NCBI GenBank assembly: GCA_026984055.1
Contig: JALSSX010000164.1
Location: forward strand, 1-55,507
Direction of reading: 5' to 3'
Origin: Sedimenticola sp.
GTDB taxonomy: Bacteria > Pseudomonadota > Gammaproteobacteria > Chromatiales > Chromatiaceae
Length of the DNA: 55,507 nucleotides
Position 1 is the stretch's first letter; the number at the start of each line of letters is the position of its first letter. The notes beneath the pieces are model-generated. The model searched no databases. It had not been told where the DNA came from and worked only from the letters and a program-made list of their open reading frames with translations. Of this stretch, positions 19,910-28,887 are shown one piece after another. The translations under genes were made by a program, and so were the position numbers.

Positions 19910-20178
19910 GTTGTCTCTCCTGTTTACCGATGATTCTGGACCCGGTGGACGATGGATCTCTTTCCATGTCTTCCTCAAGGCGGTGTGTCATATATCGCCA
20001 TGGCCAGCCAAGCGTTGGGATGATTACGGGTTCCTTTCGCCCTTGGCGGTGTCGCTCCGTCGCTGCGCTGGAGCGGTTCCACGGTCTCCGCCTTTCAGGC
20101 GGTCATCCGATTCCTATTCTACCCTTAAACACACCATGCACCAGCCCGCGAGTTTCGCTGAATGCCACTGTACATGGC

Positions 20179-21450
20179 TTAGTAAGACGCGAATGGCTGA
20201 ATACTTACTTGCTCGCCCGCCTCTACGCCGGCGTTGTCTTCCGGTAAGAGAATGAAGCAGTTGCCACGGCTCATCGAAGTGAGGATGCCCGAGCCTTGCT
20301 GGCCGGTGGTGGCGACCGAGGCTTCGCCGTTGTCGTCGATGTGGAAGATGCCGCGCGGGAATTCATAGCGACCGGGGCGCTTGCGAATCGCTTGGGTGCT
20401 GCGCGCGAGCAGGGTCAGTGGTGCTTCTGTTCGGCCGCTGGCCAGATAGCGCAAGGCGGGCTGGACGAATTGATAAAAGGTCACCATCACCGCAACTGGG
20501 TTGCCGGGCAGGCCGAAGAAGGCGGTGTCGCCGATGTGGCCGAAGCTGAGTGGTCGGCCGGGTTTCATCAGGATTTTCCAGAAGTTCATCGTGCCGAGTG
20601 CTTCGAGGGTCTCGCGGGTGAAGTCGGCCTCGCCGACCGACACGCCGCCGGAGGTGACGATGACATCGGCTATCGCGGCGGCGCTGCTGAATGCCTCGCG
20701 CAACCGGGAGGGATCGTCGCGGATCACGCCCAGATCCAGAAGCTCGACATCCAGTTGCTTTAGCATGCCATATAGGCTGTAGCGGTTGCTGTCGAAGACA
20801 TCGCCTTCGTTCAGTGTCTCACCCAGCGAGCGTAATTCGTCGCCAGTGGAGAAGAAGGCGACGCGCGGCCGGCGGAACACGCCGACCTCGGCGATGCCCA
20901 GCGAGGCGAGGATGCCGATATCGGCCGGCGTCAGGCGTCGTCCACGCTCCAGCACGGCCGCGCCTCGCGCGATATCCTCGCCAGCCAGGCGCACGTTCTC
21001 GCCATGCCGATGCCGGCCGACGATCTCCACGGTCGTGGCGTCGATGACGCGCGCCTGCTCCTGCATGATCACGGTATCCGCGCCCGCGGGCATCGGCGCG
21101 CCAGTCATAATACGGATGCATTCGCCCGGCCGGCATTCACCGTCGAACCGCTGGCCGGCATGCAGGTTACCGATCAGGCGCAGGTGGGGGCGTTCGTTCT
21201 CGTCCAGATCGGTGCCGCGCACCGCGTAGCCGTCCATTGCGGAGTTGTCGTGGCCGGGGACATTCGCTGGCGACAGGATGTCCGCCGCCAATACGCGGTT
21301 CAGCGCGTCGCGCAAGGCGTGTTTCTCGATGCCTCGCACTGGATGCAGGTGTTCCAGGATGTCGTTGCGCGCGGCATCCACGCGGCGCGCTCCGGGTTCG
21401 TGGTCGTCGGCGCAACTGGGTTGCTTGAATCTGTCGCTTGGCTTCATCAT
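20179..21450 (-). CDS. moeA: molybdopterin molybdenum/tungsten transferase MoeA
   Basis: About 423 aa from the ATG at 21450. NSAMDGYAV, TGAPMP.GAD, GGVSVGE.D and PGNPV motifs. Confidence 0.9.
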   Translation of the reverse strand: MMKPSDRFKQPSCADDHEPGARRVDAARNDILEHLHPVRGIEKHALRDALNRVLAADILSPANVPGHDNSAMDGYAVRGTDLDENERPHLRLIGNLHAGQRFDGECRPGECIRIMTGAPMPAGADTVIMQEQARVIDATTVEIVGRHRHGENVRLAGEDIARGAAVLERGRRLTPADIGILASLGIAEVGVFRRPRVAFFSTGDELRSLGETLNEGDVFDSNRYSLYGMLKQLDVELLDLGVIRDDPSRLREAFSSAAAIADVIVTSGGVSVGEADFTRETLEALGTMNFWKILMKPGRPLSFGHIGDTAFFGLPGNPVAVMVTFYQFVQPALRYLASGRTEAPLTLLARSTQAIRKRPGRYEFPRGIFHIDDNGEASVATTGQQGSGILTSMSRGNCFILLPEDNAGVEAGEQVSIQPFASY

Positions 21451-21463
21451 GTTGCTATCCTGA

Positions 21464-22063
21464 TCAGGTGCTGAGTCTGTCGCGGTCTTCCGGTCGGTTG
21501 ATGTTGGCGAAGGCATCGGGGTGGTCGGAGAAATCGGCCAAAGTGTACCCATGCCGGGCCTGCCAGCTGTCGACCTTGCGCTGGCCGCTGTCGAGATAGG
21601 TCTTCAGGTCGTCCAGCAGCGCGGTCGGCAACAGCGCATGCACGGGCTGCGGGCGTTCACCATCGCGCGCCACGGCGATGGGTTTGTCGCTTCGCGCCAG
21701 TGCCGCGGTCAGCCGGGCGACATAGTCGCTCGGCAGATGAGGTCCGTCGCACGGCAGGGTGACGATGAGCTGGCTGTCGGCGCTGGCCATGCAGGCGGCG
21801 ATGCCGGCCAGCGGACCCTGGAAGCCGTCCAGCTGATCGGGTACCAGCGGGTGGCCGTAACGCCGATAGGCATCGAGGTTGCGGTTGGCGTTGATCAGCA
21901 CGGCGTCGACTTGCGGTTCGACGGTTTGCAGGATGTGTTCGATCAGCGGTCGGCCGTGCCATGTCAGCAGACCCTTGTCGATGCCCCCCATGCGGCGTCC
22001 CTGGCCGCCAGCGAGGATGCAGGCGGTGATGCGCGATGGTTGGTTGTTGCCGCCGGCGGTCAT
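21464..22063 (-). CDS. mobA: molybdenum cofactor guanylyltransferase MobA
   Basis: 199 aa. ILAGGQGRRMGG.DKGL N-terminus. ATGA overlap with the upstream ABC ATPase gene. Confidence 0.9.
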   Translation of the reverse strand: MTAGGNNQPSRITACILAGGQGRRMGGIDKGLLTWHGRPLIEHILQTVEPQVDAVLINANRNLDAYRRYGHPLVPDQLDGFQGPLAGIAACMASADSQLIVTLPCDGPHLPSDYVARLTAALARSDKPIAVARDGERPQPVHALLPTALLDDLKTYLDSGQRKVDSWQARHGYTLADFSDHPDAFANINRPEDRDRLST

Positions 22064-22740
22064 GAGCGCACCACGGTGATGCGTTGCGCCGATGGCCTGG
22101 CCGGGCCGATACGGCCGTCGCCAAGATGAAGACGTACGTCGAACAGATCGTCGAAATGGTGTTGGTCGTGGCTACTGATGAGCAGTGCGTAGCCTTCTTC
22201 CTTCAGCGAACGTAGCAGCGCCAGCGTGGTGATGCGGGCCTCGATGTCCATGTTCGCGGTCGGTTCGTCCAGTAACATCGCGGCGGGCCGGCGCAGCCAG
22301 GCGCGGGCCAGCGCCAGCCGCTGGCGCTCGCCGCCGGAGAGGCTGCGTGCCGGTGCGTTGGCCATTGCCTCCAGCCCGCCCCAGTGCAAGGCGGCGGCGA
22401 TCAGCGTCTTCTTGTCCCTGCCGCGGCGCAATGCATAGCCGAGGTTGTAGCGCACGTTGCCGTCGAACATGTATGGCTGCTGATGCAAATAGAGGATATG
22501 TTGTTGCAGGTAATGGCTACAGCGTCGCCAGGGCAGCGGGCCGCCACCGAAATCGACCTCGCCGCGATCGGGTTTCTCCATGCCGGCCATGATGCGCAGC
22601 AATGTGGATTTGCCGCTGCCGTTGCGGCCGCTGAGCAGCACGCAACACCCGGCGCTGAGGTCGATGTTGGCGGCCTTCAGCACGCGGCGCTCGCCGAAGG
22701 CTTTTCCGATGCCGGTGAAGCGGAACTGGGCCTGTGTCAT
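22060..22740 (-). CDS. tupC: ABC transporter ATP-binding protein (tungstate TupC-like)
   Basis: 226 aa from the ATG at 22740. Walker A GRNGSGKST, signature LSGGERQR, Walker B LLDEP. ATGA overlap with the permease gene. Confidence 0.8.
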   Translation of the reverse strand: MTQAQFRFTGIGKAFGERRVLKAANIDLSAGCCVLLSGRNGSGKSTLLRIMAGMEKPDRGEVDFGGGPLPWRRCSHYLQQHILYLHQQPYMFDGNVRYNLGYALRRGRDKKTLIAAALHWGGLEAMANAPARSLSGGERQRLALARAWLRRPAAMLLDEPTANMDIEARITTLALLRSLKEEGYALLISSHDQHHFDDLFDVRLHLGDGRIGPARPSAQRITVVRS

Positions 22741-23438
22741 TGGCCACTCATGCGACGTTGTTGCAGATGCTGCAACAGCGCGGTGACGGAGAAGGTCAGG
22801 GTCAGCAACACGATGCCGAGCGCGATGCCCTGAGCGAATTCGCCACGGCTGGTTTCCAACGCGATCGCGGTCGGGATGTTGCGCGTGTAATGCAGGATAT
22901 TGCCGCCGAGCATCATCGACGAACCGACCTCGGCGATGATTCTGCCAAAAGCGGCGAACAGAGCGGCGAACAGGCCGAAGCGGATCTCGCGCATCAGGGT
23001 GAACAGCGCGCGCGTCGGTCCGGCGCCGAGCGTGCGCGCGGTTTCCCAGGCGCGCCTGTCCAACGCCTGAAAGGCGGAATGGCTCATCGCCACCAGGATC
23101 GGGAAGCACAGCGCGATCTGGCCGATGACCATCGCGGTCTGGGTGAACAACAGCTTCCAGTCACCCAGCGGTCCTTGCCGCGACAAGAGCAGGTAGAAGG
23201 TCAGCCCGACGACCACCGCTGGCACCGATAGCAGGCTGCTGAACAGTGTCACCAGCAGCTTGCGTCCGGGGAACTCGAAATGTGCCAGCGCGAAGGCTGT
23301 CAGGATCGCGAACGGCGTGGCGACGAGCATCGCGGTGAGCGATACGCGGAACGAGATAGCGATGATCCCCCACAATTCCGGGTTGCCATCGAGTAACAAC
23401 CGCGTCGCGTTCGCGATGGTTTCAGTCAGCGGCTGCAT
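22737..23438 (-). CDS. tupB: ABC transporter permease (tungstate TupB-like)
   Basis: 233 aa from the ATG at 23438. Multi-pass hydrophobic protein with an EAA-like loop (AWETARTLGAG). Confidence 0.8.
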   Translation of the reverse strand: MQPLTETIANATRLLLDGNPELWGIIAISFRVSLTAMLVATPFAILTAFALAHFEFPGRKLLVTLFSSLLSVPAVVVGLTFYLLLSRQGPLGDWKLLFTQTAMVIGQIALCFPILVAMSHSAFQALDRRAWETARTLGAGPTRALFTLMREIRFGLFAALFAAFGRIIAEVGSSMMLGGNILHYTRNIPTAIALETSRGEFAQGIALGIVLLTLTFSVTALLQHLQQRRMSGQ

Positions 23439-24267
23439 CTTGGCTCGTCGCGGTTTTGGCGTTCGGTGTGAACAGGCGCAGGCCATCGACGCGAAAACGG
23501 TCGATCGCCTGTTGGCCGGTCGGCGAGGTCAGCCAATCGACCAGTGCCATCGCGCCGGCATGATTGCTGTCAGGAAAACGGCGCGGGTTCACTGGGATGA
23601 TGCCATAGGGGTTGCGTAGCCCGGCATCGCCCTCGAATACCAGCGCCAGTGGCAGTTTGCCGTGATAGGCCAACCAAGTGCCGCGATCGGTCAGGATGTA
23701 GGCGTCCAACTCGCCGGCGATCTGCAACGCTTTGCCCATGCCCTGGCCGACCTCGCGATACCAGTCTCCGGTCGGCGCGATGCCCGCGGCCCGCCACAAT
23801 GCCAGTTCCTTCTTGTGCGTGCCGGAATCGTCGCCGCGCGAGACGAACGGCGCGCGCACCGAGGCGATACGTCGCAACGCCTCGCCGATGGCGCCGGCCT
23901 GCCTCACGCGGGCCGGATCGTCGTTTGGCCCGACCAGGACGAAATCGTTATACATTACCGCATGGCGTTGCTCGCCGGCGCCGCTGGCGACGAAGCGCTC
24001 CTCGGCGGCGCGCGCATGCACCAGCACCACATCCACGTCGCCAGCCTCGCCCATGCGCAACGCCTTGCCGGTGCCGACCGCGATGACATGTACCTTGTAA
24101 CCGGTCGCTTTTTCGAAGCGAGGCAGCAGATCTCGCAGCAGGCCGGAGTTGTCGGTGCTGGTGGTAGTGGCCAGGCGCACGATGGCGTCGTCGGCGATCG
24201 CTCGCCAGGACAGGAAAGCGAGGGCGGCGAGCAGCAAGGCGGGCAGGCGTCGCATCGGGCTGGGCAT
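23422..24267 (-). CDS. tupA: periplasmic tungstate-binding protein TupA-like
   Basis: 281 aa. Signal peptide, then RLATTTSTDNSGLL (the TTTS anion-binding motif typical of TupA) and G.G.AL..G..GD.D. Confidence 0.8.
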   Translation of the reverse strand: MPSPMRRLPALLLAALAFLSWRAIADDAIVRLATTTSTDNSGLLRDLLPRFEKATGYKVHVIAVGTGKALRMGEAGDVDVVLVHARAAEERFVASGAGEQRHAVMYNDFVLVGPNDDPARVRQAGAIGEALRRIASVRAPFVSRGDDSGTHKKELALWRAAGIAPTGDWYREVGQGMGKALQIAGELDAYILTDRGTWLAYHGKLPLALVFEGDAGLRNPYGIIPVNPRRFPDSNHAGAMALVDWLTSPTGQQAIDRFRVDGLRLFTPNAKTATSQDAAAD

Positions 24268-24424
24268 CTCCGTGAGTGTATCCGCTGGCTATTCTATGCC
24301 GACGGGAGCGGAGTGTAAAAACAGGAAGGCGGATCGGTATCGGCATGCCGGAATGGACAATCTCCCTTTGCCGGCTATGCTTATGACTTGGAACATCAAC
24401 CCATCAGAATCCACGGGAGTGCGT

Positions 24425-24904
24425 ATGCAAAAGTCGCTATCGATCGATCCGCAAAAATGCACCGGCTGTCTGCAATGCGAGATGGCCTGTTCCTTCGAGC
24501 ACGAAGGCATGTTCAATCCATCCCGCTCGCGCATCCGCGTGTTCACCTTCCACCAGGAGGGCGAGTTTGTACCCTATACTTGCACGCAGTGCGCCGATGC
24601 CTGGTGTCTGCAAGCCTGTCCGGTGGATGCCATCATCGACAACCGGGAGCTTGGGGCGAAGGCGGTCGTCGAGGATCGCTGTGTCGGCTGCAAGGTCTGC
24701 ACCATTGCCTGCCCATTCGGCACCATCAATTACCAGCAGGCGACTGGTAAGGTCGCGAAATGCGATTTGTGTGGAGGCGATCCGGAATGCGTGAAGGCCT
24801 GCCCGACCGCGGCGATCCTCTACCTGGACGCGGATCAGTCCGGCTATGACAAGATGCGCCAGTGGGCGGCACGTTCCGTTACCGCCGCGCAAGCGACAGC
24901 CTGA
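24425..24904 (+). CDS. aorA: 4Fe-4S ferredoxin-like subunit of aldehyde oxidoreductase (AorA-type)
   Basis: 159 aa from the ATG at 24425 (GGGAG RBS). Four CxxCxxC(xxx)C(P)-type clusters (CTGCLQCEMAC, CTQCADAWCLQACP, CVGCKVCTIACP, CDLCGG..ECVKACP). Confidence 0.85.
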   Translation: MQKSLSIDPQKCTGCLQCEMACSFEHEGMFNPSRSRIRVFTFHQEGEFVPYTCTQCADAWCLQACPVDAIIDNRELGAKAVVEDRCVGCKVCTIACPFGTINYQQATGKVAKCDLCGGDPECVKACPTAAILYLDADQSGYDKMRQWAARSVTAAQATA

Positions 24905-24916
24905 GGAGAACCAACC

Positions 24917-26770
24917 ATGGCTTGGACTGGAAACATACTGCGGGTGAACCTGAGCGACGGCAGCATCGCTTCCGAGGCGCTGAATCGTGACTGGGCAGAT
25001 CAATACCTCGGTCAGCGTGGCCTCGGTAGCAAGTACCTGATCGAGGAGATCGATCCAAATTGTGACGCGCTGGGCGCGGACAACAAGATGATCATGGCCA
25101 CCGGTCCGCTGACCGGCACCATGGCTTCGACCGGCGGTCGCTATTCGGTGATCACCAAGAGTCCGTTGACCGGCTGCATCGCCTGCTCCAACTCGGGTGG
25201 CTTCATGGGCAATGAGTTGAAGAACGCCGGCTGGGACATGGTCGTCATCGAGGGCAGCTCGCCGGAACCCGTGTATCTGTATATCGAGAACGACACCGCC
25301 GAGCTGCTACCCGCCGATGAGATCTGGGGCGCCAGCGTCTGGCATGCCGGCGAATGGCTGCACAAGCGCCACCAGGATCCACTGTTGCGTGTCTCGGCGG
25401 TGGGTCGTTCGGCGGAACAGGGCTGTCTGTATTCGGCGATCATCAATGACCTGCACCGTGCCGCCGGGCGTTCCGGCGTCGGCACCGTGATGGCGTCGAA
25501 GAATCTGAAGGCGGTCGCGGTGCGTGGCACCCTGGGCGTTGCTAATCTGAAGGATCCGAAACGCTTCATGCAAGCGGTGAACGATGCGAAAAAGGTGCTC
25601 GCCGAGAATGCCGTCACCGGTCAGGGACTGCCAACCTATGGTACTCAGGTGTTGATGAACGTGATCAACGAACTCGGCGCCCTGCCGACGCGCAATACCC
25701 GCGATGTACAGTTCGATGGCGCCCACGATATCTCTGGCGAGGCGATGCACGCGCCGCGCGCCAGCGATGGCAGGCCGAATCTGACGCGCAATGCCGGCTG
25801 TTTTGGCTGCACCATTGCTTGCGGGCGCATCTCGACCATCGACAAAGGGCATTTCAGCGTTGCTCACAAGCCCGGGTACTGGGGCAGTTCCGGTGGACTC
25901 GAATACGAGGCCGCCTGGGCGCTGGGCGCGGACACCGGCGTCGACGACCTGGACGCCTTGACCTACGCGAACTTCATCTGCAACGAGGACGGCGTGGACC
26001 CGATCAGCCTCGGCGCGACCATCGCGGCAGCAATGGAATTGACCGATATGGGCGTAATGACGGCGGAACAGACCGGTGGCATCGAATTCCGCTTCGGTTC
26101 CGCCGAGGCGTTGGTGAAGGGCGCCGAATGGGTTGCGCGAGGCGAGGGCTTCGGGCGTGAACTGGCGATGGGCTCGAAGCGTCTATGCGAGAAATACGGC
26201 CATCCCGAACTGTCGATGACGGTCAAGAGCCAGGAATTCCCGGCCTACGATCCACGCGGCATCCAGGGTATGGGGTTGACTTACGCGACCTCGAATCGCG
26301 GCGCCTGCCATCTGCGCGGCTATACAGTTGCTTCGGAGGTGCTCGGCATACCGGAGAAGACCGATCCACTGACCACCGACGGTAAGCCGGCATTGGTGAA
26401 GGCGTTTCAGGATGCCACCGCGGCGGTCGATTCCGCCGGGTTGTGTGTGTTCACCACCTTTGCCTGGACGTTGGAGGACATCGCGCCGCAGATCGATGCC
26501 GCCTGCGAGGGTGACTGGAGTGTCGACAAGTTGTTGACCGTCGGCGAGCGCATCTGGAATCTGGAGCGTGACTTCAATTTGCGCGCCGGCATTGGCGGTG
26601 ATCAGGATACCCTGCCGCAACGTCTGCTGAAGGAAGCGGCGAAAACCGGCCCAGCCAAGGGGCTGGTCAATGGTCTCGGCGAGATGCTGCCGGAATACTA
26701 TGCGCTGCGGGGCTGGAGCGCCGATGGCGTACCCAGCGAGGCGACCCTGGCACGCCTCGGCTTGAATTGA
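24917..26770 (+). CDS. aorB: tungsten-dependent aldehyde:ferredoxin oxidoreductase catalytic subunit
   Basis: 617 aa. AOR family N-terminus (G.ILRVNL..G......), GLGSKYL, and the C-terminal AFOR domain (DPRG.QGMGL.YATS.RGACH). Confidence 0.9.
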   Translation: MAWTGNILRVNLSDGSIASEALNRDWADQYLGQRGLGSKYLIEEIDPNCDALGADNKMIMATGPLTGTMASTGGRYSVITKSPLTGCIACSNSGGFMGNELKNAGWDMVVIEGSSPEPVYLYIENDTAELLPADEIWGASVWHAGEWLHKRHQDPLLRVSAVGRSAEQGCLYSAIINDLHRAAGRSGVGTVMASKNLKAVAVRGTLGVANLKDPKRFMQAVNDAKKVLAENAVTGQGLPTYGTQVLMNVINELGALPTRNTRDVQFDGAHDISGEAMHAPRASDGRPNLTRNAGCFGCTIACGRISTIDKGHFSVAHKPGYWGSSGGLEYEAAWALGADTGVDDLDALTYANFICNEDGVDPISLGATIAAAMELTDMGVMTAEQTGGIEFRFGSAEALVKGAEWVARGEGFGRELAMGSKRLCEKYGHPELSMTVKSQEFPAYDPRGIQGMGLTYATSNRGACHLRGYTVASEVLGIPEKTDPLTTDGKPALVKAFQDATAAVDSAGLCVFTTFAWTLEDIAPQIDAACEGDWSVDKLLTVGERIWNLERDFNLRAGIGGDQDTLPQRLLKEAAKTGPAKGLVNGLGEMLPEYYALRGWSADGVPSEATLARLGLN

Positions 26771-26920
26771 CAGGAAGCGTCGACGCGAGAGTCAGCACCG
26801 TCGCGTGGAAATTCGGTTTGCTGATGGCCTCGCGCGCGCCAGTCATCGTCAATGCGGTGGATTTTGGTCTGGTCGAAGGTATCAAGAAATTGCGCGAGAT
26901 CCCCAAAAACGGCTGCCGGA

Positions 26921-27089
26921 TTAACAGGTCGTTGAAAAAGCCCTTCCATGGACTTTTGCAACGACGGAACCGGAAAATGCGATTTCCTGGTTCCTTCATT
27001 TTCAATGACTTGCCGTCATCGAAAATGGCGGTACCTCCCTGTACCGCACATAAGCCATTGAAAAATGCCATTTTTCAACGGCCTGTTAA
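26921..27089 (+). mobile_element. family-B MITE-like element (161-bp body), flanked by TTAA/TTAA, inside the aor operon
   Basis: Full-length B copy between the aorB stop and the aorC RBS. Confidence 0.85.
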
Positions 27090-27106
27090 TAACTGAGGAG
27101 ACAGCC

Positions 27107-28195
27107 ATGCGACATATCGTCATTGGCGCCGGTCCGGCTGGTGTCACGGCTTGCGAAACCCTGCGCAAGTTCGACCCGGGGGCGGACATCATCCTGCTCG
27201 CCGGTGAGGCCGAACCACCGTACTCCCGCATGGCGATTCCGTATCTGCTGGCGCAGCGCATCGGCGAGCGCGGCACCCATCTGCGTCATGCGGCCGATCA
27301 TTTTCGTTCATTGGGCATCGATGTGCGCCATGGCTGGGTGGCGCGTGTCGATGCCGGGGCCGGCCGTCTGCATCTGCGCGATGGCAGTGAGCTGGACTAC
27401 GATCGACTGCTGATCGCCAGTGGCGCTTCGCCGTCGATGCCACCGGTACCCGGTATCGAGCTGCCTGGCGTGCTGCCATGCTGGACGCTGGAGAATGCCC
27501 GCGCCATCGCGCGGCGCCTGGAAGCTGGAACGCCGGTGATATTGATGGGCGCGGGTTTTATCGCTTGCATCATCCTCGAAGCCCTGATGATGCGTGGCGC
27601 GCGCGTGACCATCGTCGAGCGCGAGGAGCGCATGGTGCCACGCATGATGAACCCGGTCGCCTCGGCGATGCTGAAACGCTGGGTCGAAGCCAAAGGCGCG
27701 CGCGTGCTGACCGGGCATGCGGTGAACATGGTTGAACAGAGCGACGAAGGGCTACGCGCCTGTCTGGACAGCGGCGAGTCGCTGGATGCGCGTCTGGTCA
27801 TCTCGGCGATCGGGGTGGCGCCGAATACCGACTTTCTGCAAGGTTCCGGCGTGGCGGTCGACCAGGGTGTCATCGTCGATCGCTATCTGCGTTCTAATGT
27901 GGCGAACGTCTTTGCCGCCGGTGATGTCGCCCAGGGCCGCGATTTCTCCACCCAGGATTTCCAGGTGCAGGCCATCCAGCCGACCGCCGTCGAACACGGC
28001 CGCATCGCCGCGGCCAACATGACGTGTGACGGCGCATTGCGCCATGACGGCAGCTTGAACATGAATGTGCTCGACACTCTGGGACTCATCTCGACATCGT
28101 TCGGCGATTGGCAAGGACGGGAAGGCGGCGAGCAGGTAGAGTTGATCGACGAGTCCGGCTGGCGCTATCTGAATCTACAATTCAGTGGCGACTGA
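27107..28195 (+). CDS. aorC: FAD/NAD(P)-dependent pyridine nucleotide-disulfide oxidoreductase (AorC-type subunit), ending at an in-frame TGA
   Basis: ATG at 27107 with a GAGGAG RBS. Dinucleotide folds IVIGAGPAG and VILMGAGFIA, and AAGDVA. The frame stays open for 54 more codons after the TGA at 28193..28195. Confidence 0.85.
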   Translation: MRHIVIGAGPAGVTACETLRKFDPGADIILLAGEAEPPYSRMAIPYLLAQRIGERGTHLRHAADHFRSLGIDVRHGWVARVDAGAGRLHLRDGSELDYDRLLIASGASPSMPPVPGIELPGVLPCWTLENARAIARRLEAGTPVILMGAGFIACIILEALMMRGARVTIVEREERMVPRMMNPVASAMLKRWVEAKGARVLTGHAVNMVEQSDEGLRACLDSGESLDARLVISAIGVAPNTDFLQGSGVAVDQGVIVDRYLRSNVANVFAAGDVAQGRDFSTQDFQVQAIQPTAVEHGRIAAANMTCDGALRHDGSLNMNVLDTLGLISTSFGDWQGREGGEQVELIDESGWRYLNLQFSGD

Positions 28196-28360
28196 CTCAT
28201 CGGCGCCAGCAGTCTTGGCCATGCGGAGCATATCGGCATATTGCGCGGGCTGATTCAGGGGCAGGTGTCGCTCGGTGCTTGGAAGCCGCGTCTGCTGCGC
28301 GATCCGACTCGCCTGATGGAGGCCTGGCTGGCGCGATCGCTGGCCCGCGCGGTGGGCTGA
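28196..28360 (+). other. in-frame continuation of aorC beyond TGA (54 sense codons + TGA)
   Basis: Translates to LIGASSLGHAEHIGILRGLIQGQVSLGAWKPRLLRDPTRLMEAWLARSLARAVG. Its stop (28358..28360) overlaps the next gene's ATG as TGATG. Confidence 0.5.
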
Positions 28361-28611
28361 TGGAGATCGAGCTGAAGCTGTTCGCGACCCTTGGCCGTCA
28401 CCTGCCGGCCACGGCGAAACGTAACGCCGTGCGTATCGAAATCCCTGCCGAGAGTACCGCTTACGACGTTATCGACGCCCATGGCATCGATCGCGACGAG
28501 GCTTTCATGGTTGTGCGCAATGGTGTCTTCATGCCGCCGCAACAACGCGCCAGCGAGGCGTTGTGCGAAGGCGATGTATTGGTGATATGGCCGCCGGTGG
28601 CCGGCGGCTGA
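28360..28611 (+). CDS. MoaD/ThiS-family sulfur-carrier protein
   Basis: 83 aa. MEIELKLFATLG... and a C-terminal ...VIWPPVAGG (Gly-Gly end). Confidence 0.8.
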   Translation: MEIELKLFATLGRHLPATAKRNAVRIEIPAESTAYDVIDAHGIDRDEAFMVVRNGVFMPPQQRASEALCEGDVLVIWPPVAGG

Positions 28612-28886
28612 TGCAACGCGAATTCGGCCTGACGCGCATCGAGTTTCTGCGCAGCCTGCGTCATCTGACTGGCGCGGATGGCTGGCGGGAGCGGGATGGC
28701 GGCTTCTTGCTTCAGTTGCCGTTTGGACAGGTCGAGATCCACCTTGGCGACGCTGGATGTCGGCGCATTGGCGCGCTATCGTTGCCGGTGCTGCCGGTCG
28801 AATTCCGTTTCAGCGGCGTTGACGACGAGCAGCGCGCCGCGTTTCTACGGCGTTTCGAACGCGCCTTCCAGCGTGGCGGTGGTTGA
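28611..28886 (+). CDS. hypothetical protein, 91 aa, C-terminus ...QRGGG
   Basis: ATG overlaps the MoaD-like stop (TGATG), and its own stop lies 1 nt before the next gene's ATG. I recognise no family. Confidence 0.55.
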   Translation: MQREFGLTRIEFLRSLRHLTGADGWRERDGGFLLQLPFGQVEIHLGDAGCRRIGALSLPVLPVEFRFSGVDDEQRAAFLRRFERAFQRGGG

Positions 28887-28887
28887 T

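Noticed and set aside
19910-20178. Structured leader or riboswitch upstream of the sugar operon, with several short GC hairpins and a TAGAAT-like -10 on the minus strand.
   Set aside because: The stems are only 5-6 bp, and I recognise no known riboswitch consensus. The region also has to hold the moeA terminator, so the structures are not specific evidence.
24268-24424. Moco/tungsten-cofactor riboswitch or sigma-54 promoter in the tupA/aorA divergent region.
   Set aside because: I could not match the conserved Moco-motif blocks by eye. The TGGAC..TTTGC candidate has a GG-to-GC spacing about 3 nt too long for RpoN. A covariance-model scan (Rfam Moco_RNA_motif) would be needed to decide.
28193-28260. 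Selenocysteine decoding of the in-frame TGA in aorC.
   Set aside because: Downstream I only find a 4-bp stem (GCCA..UGGC) with a 7-nt loop, and an imperfect AU-rich hairpin. Nothing resembles a stable bacterial SECIS at the usual distance. No sel genes are in the window. It is kept only as the least likely option in the finding.
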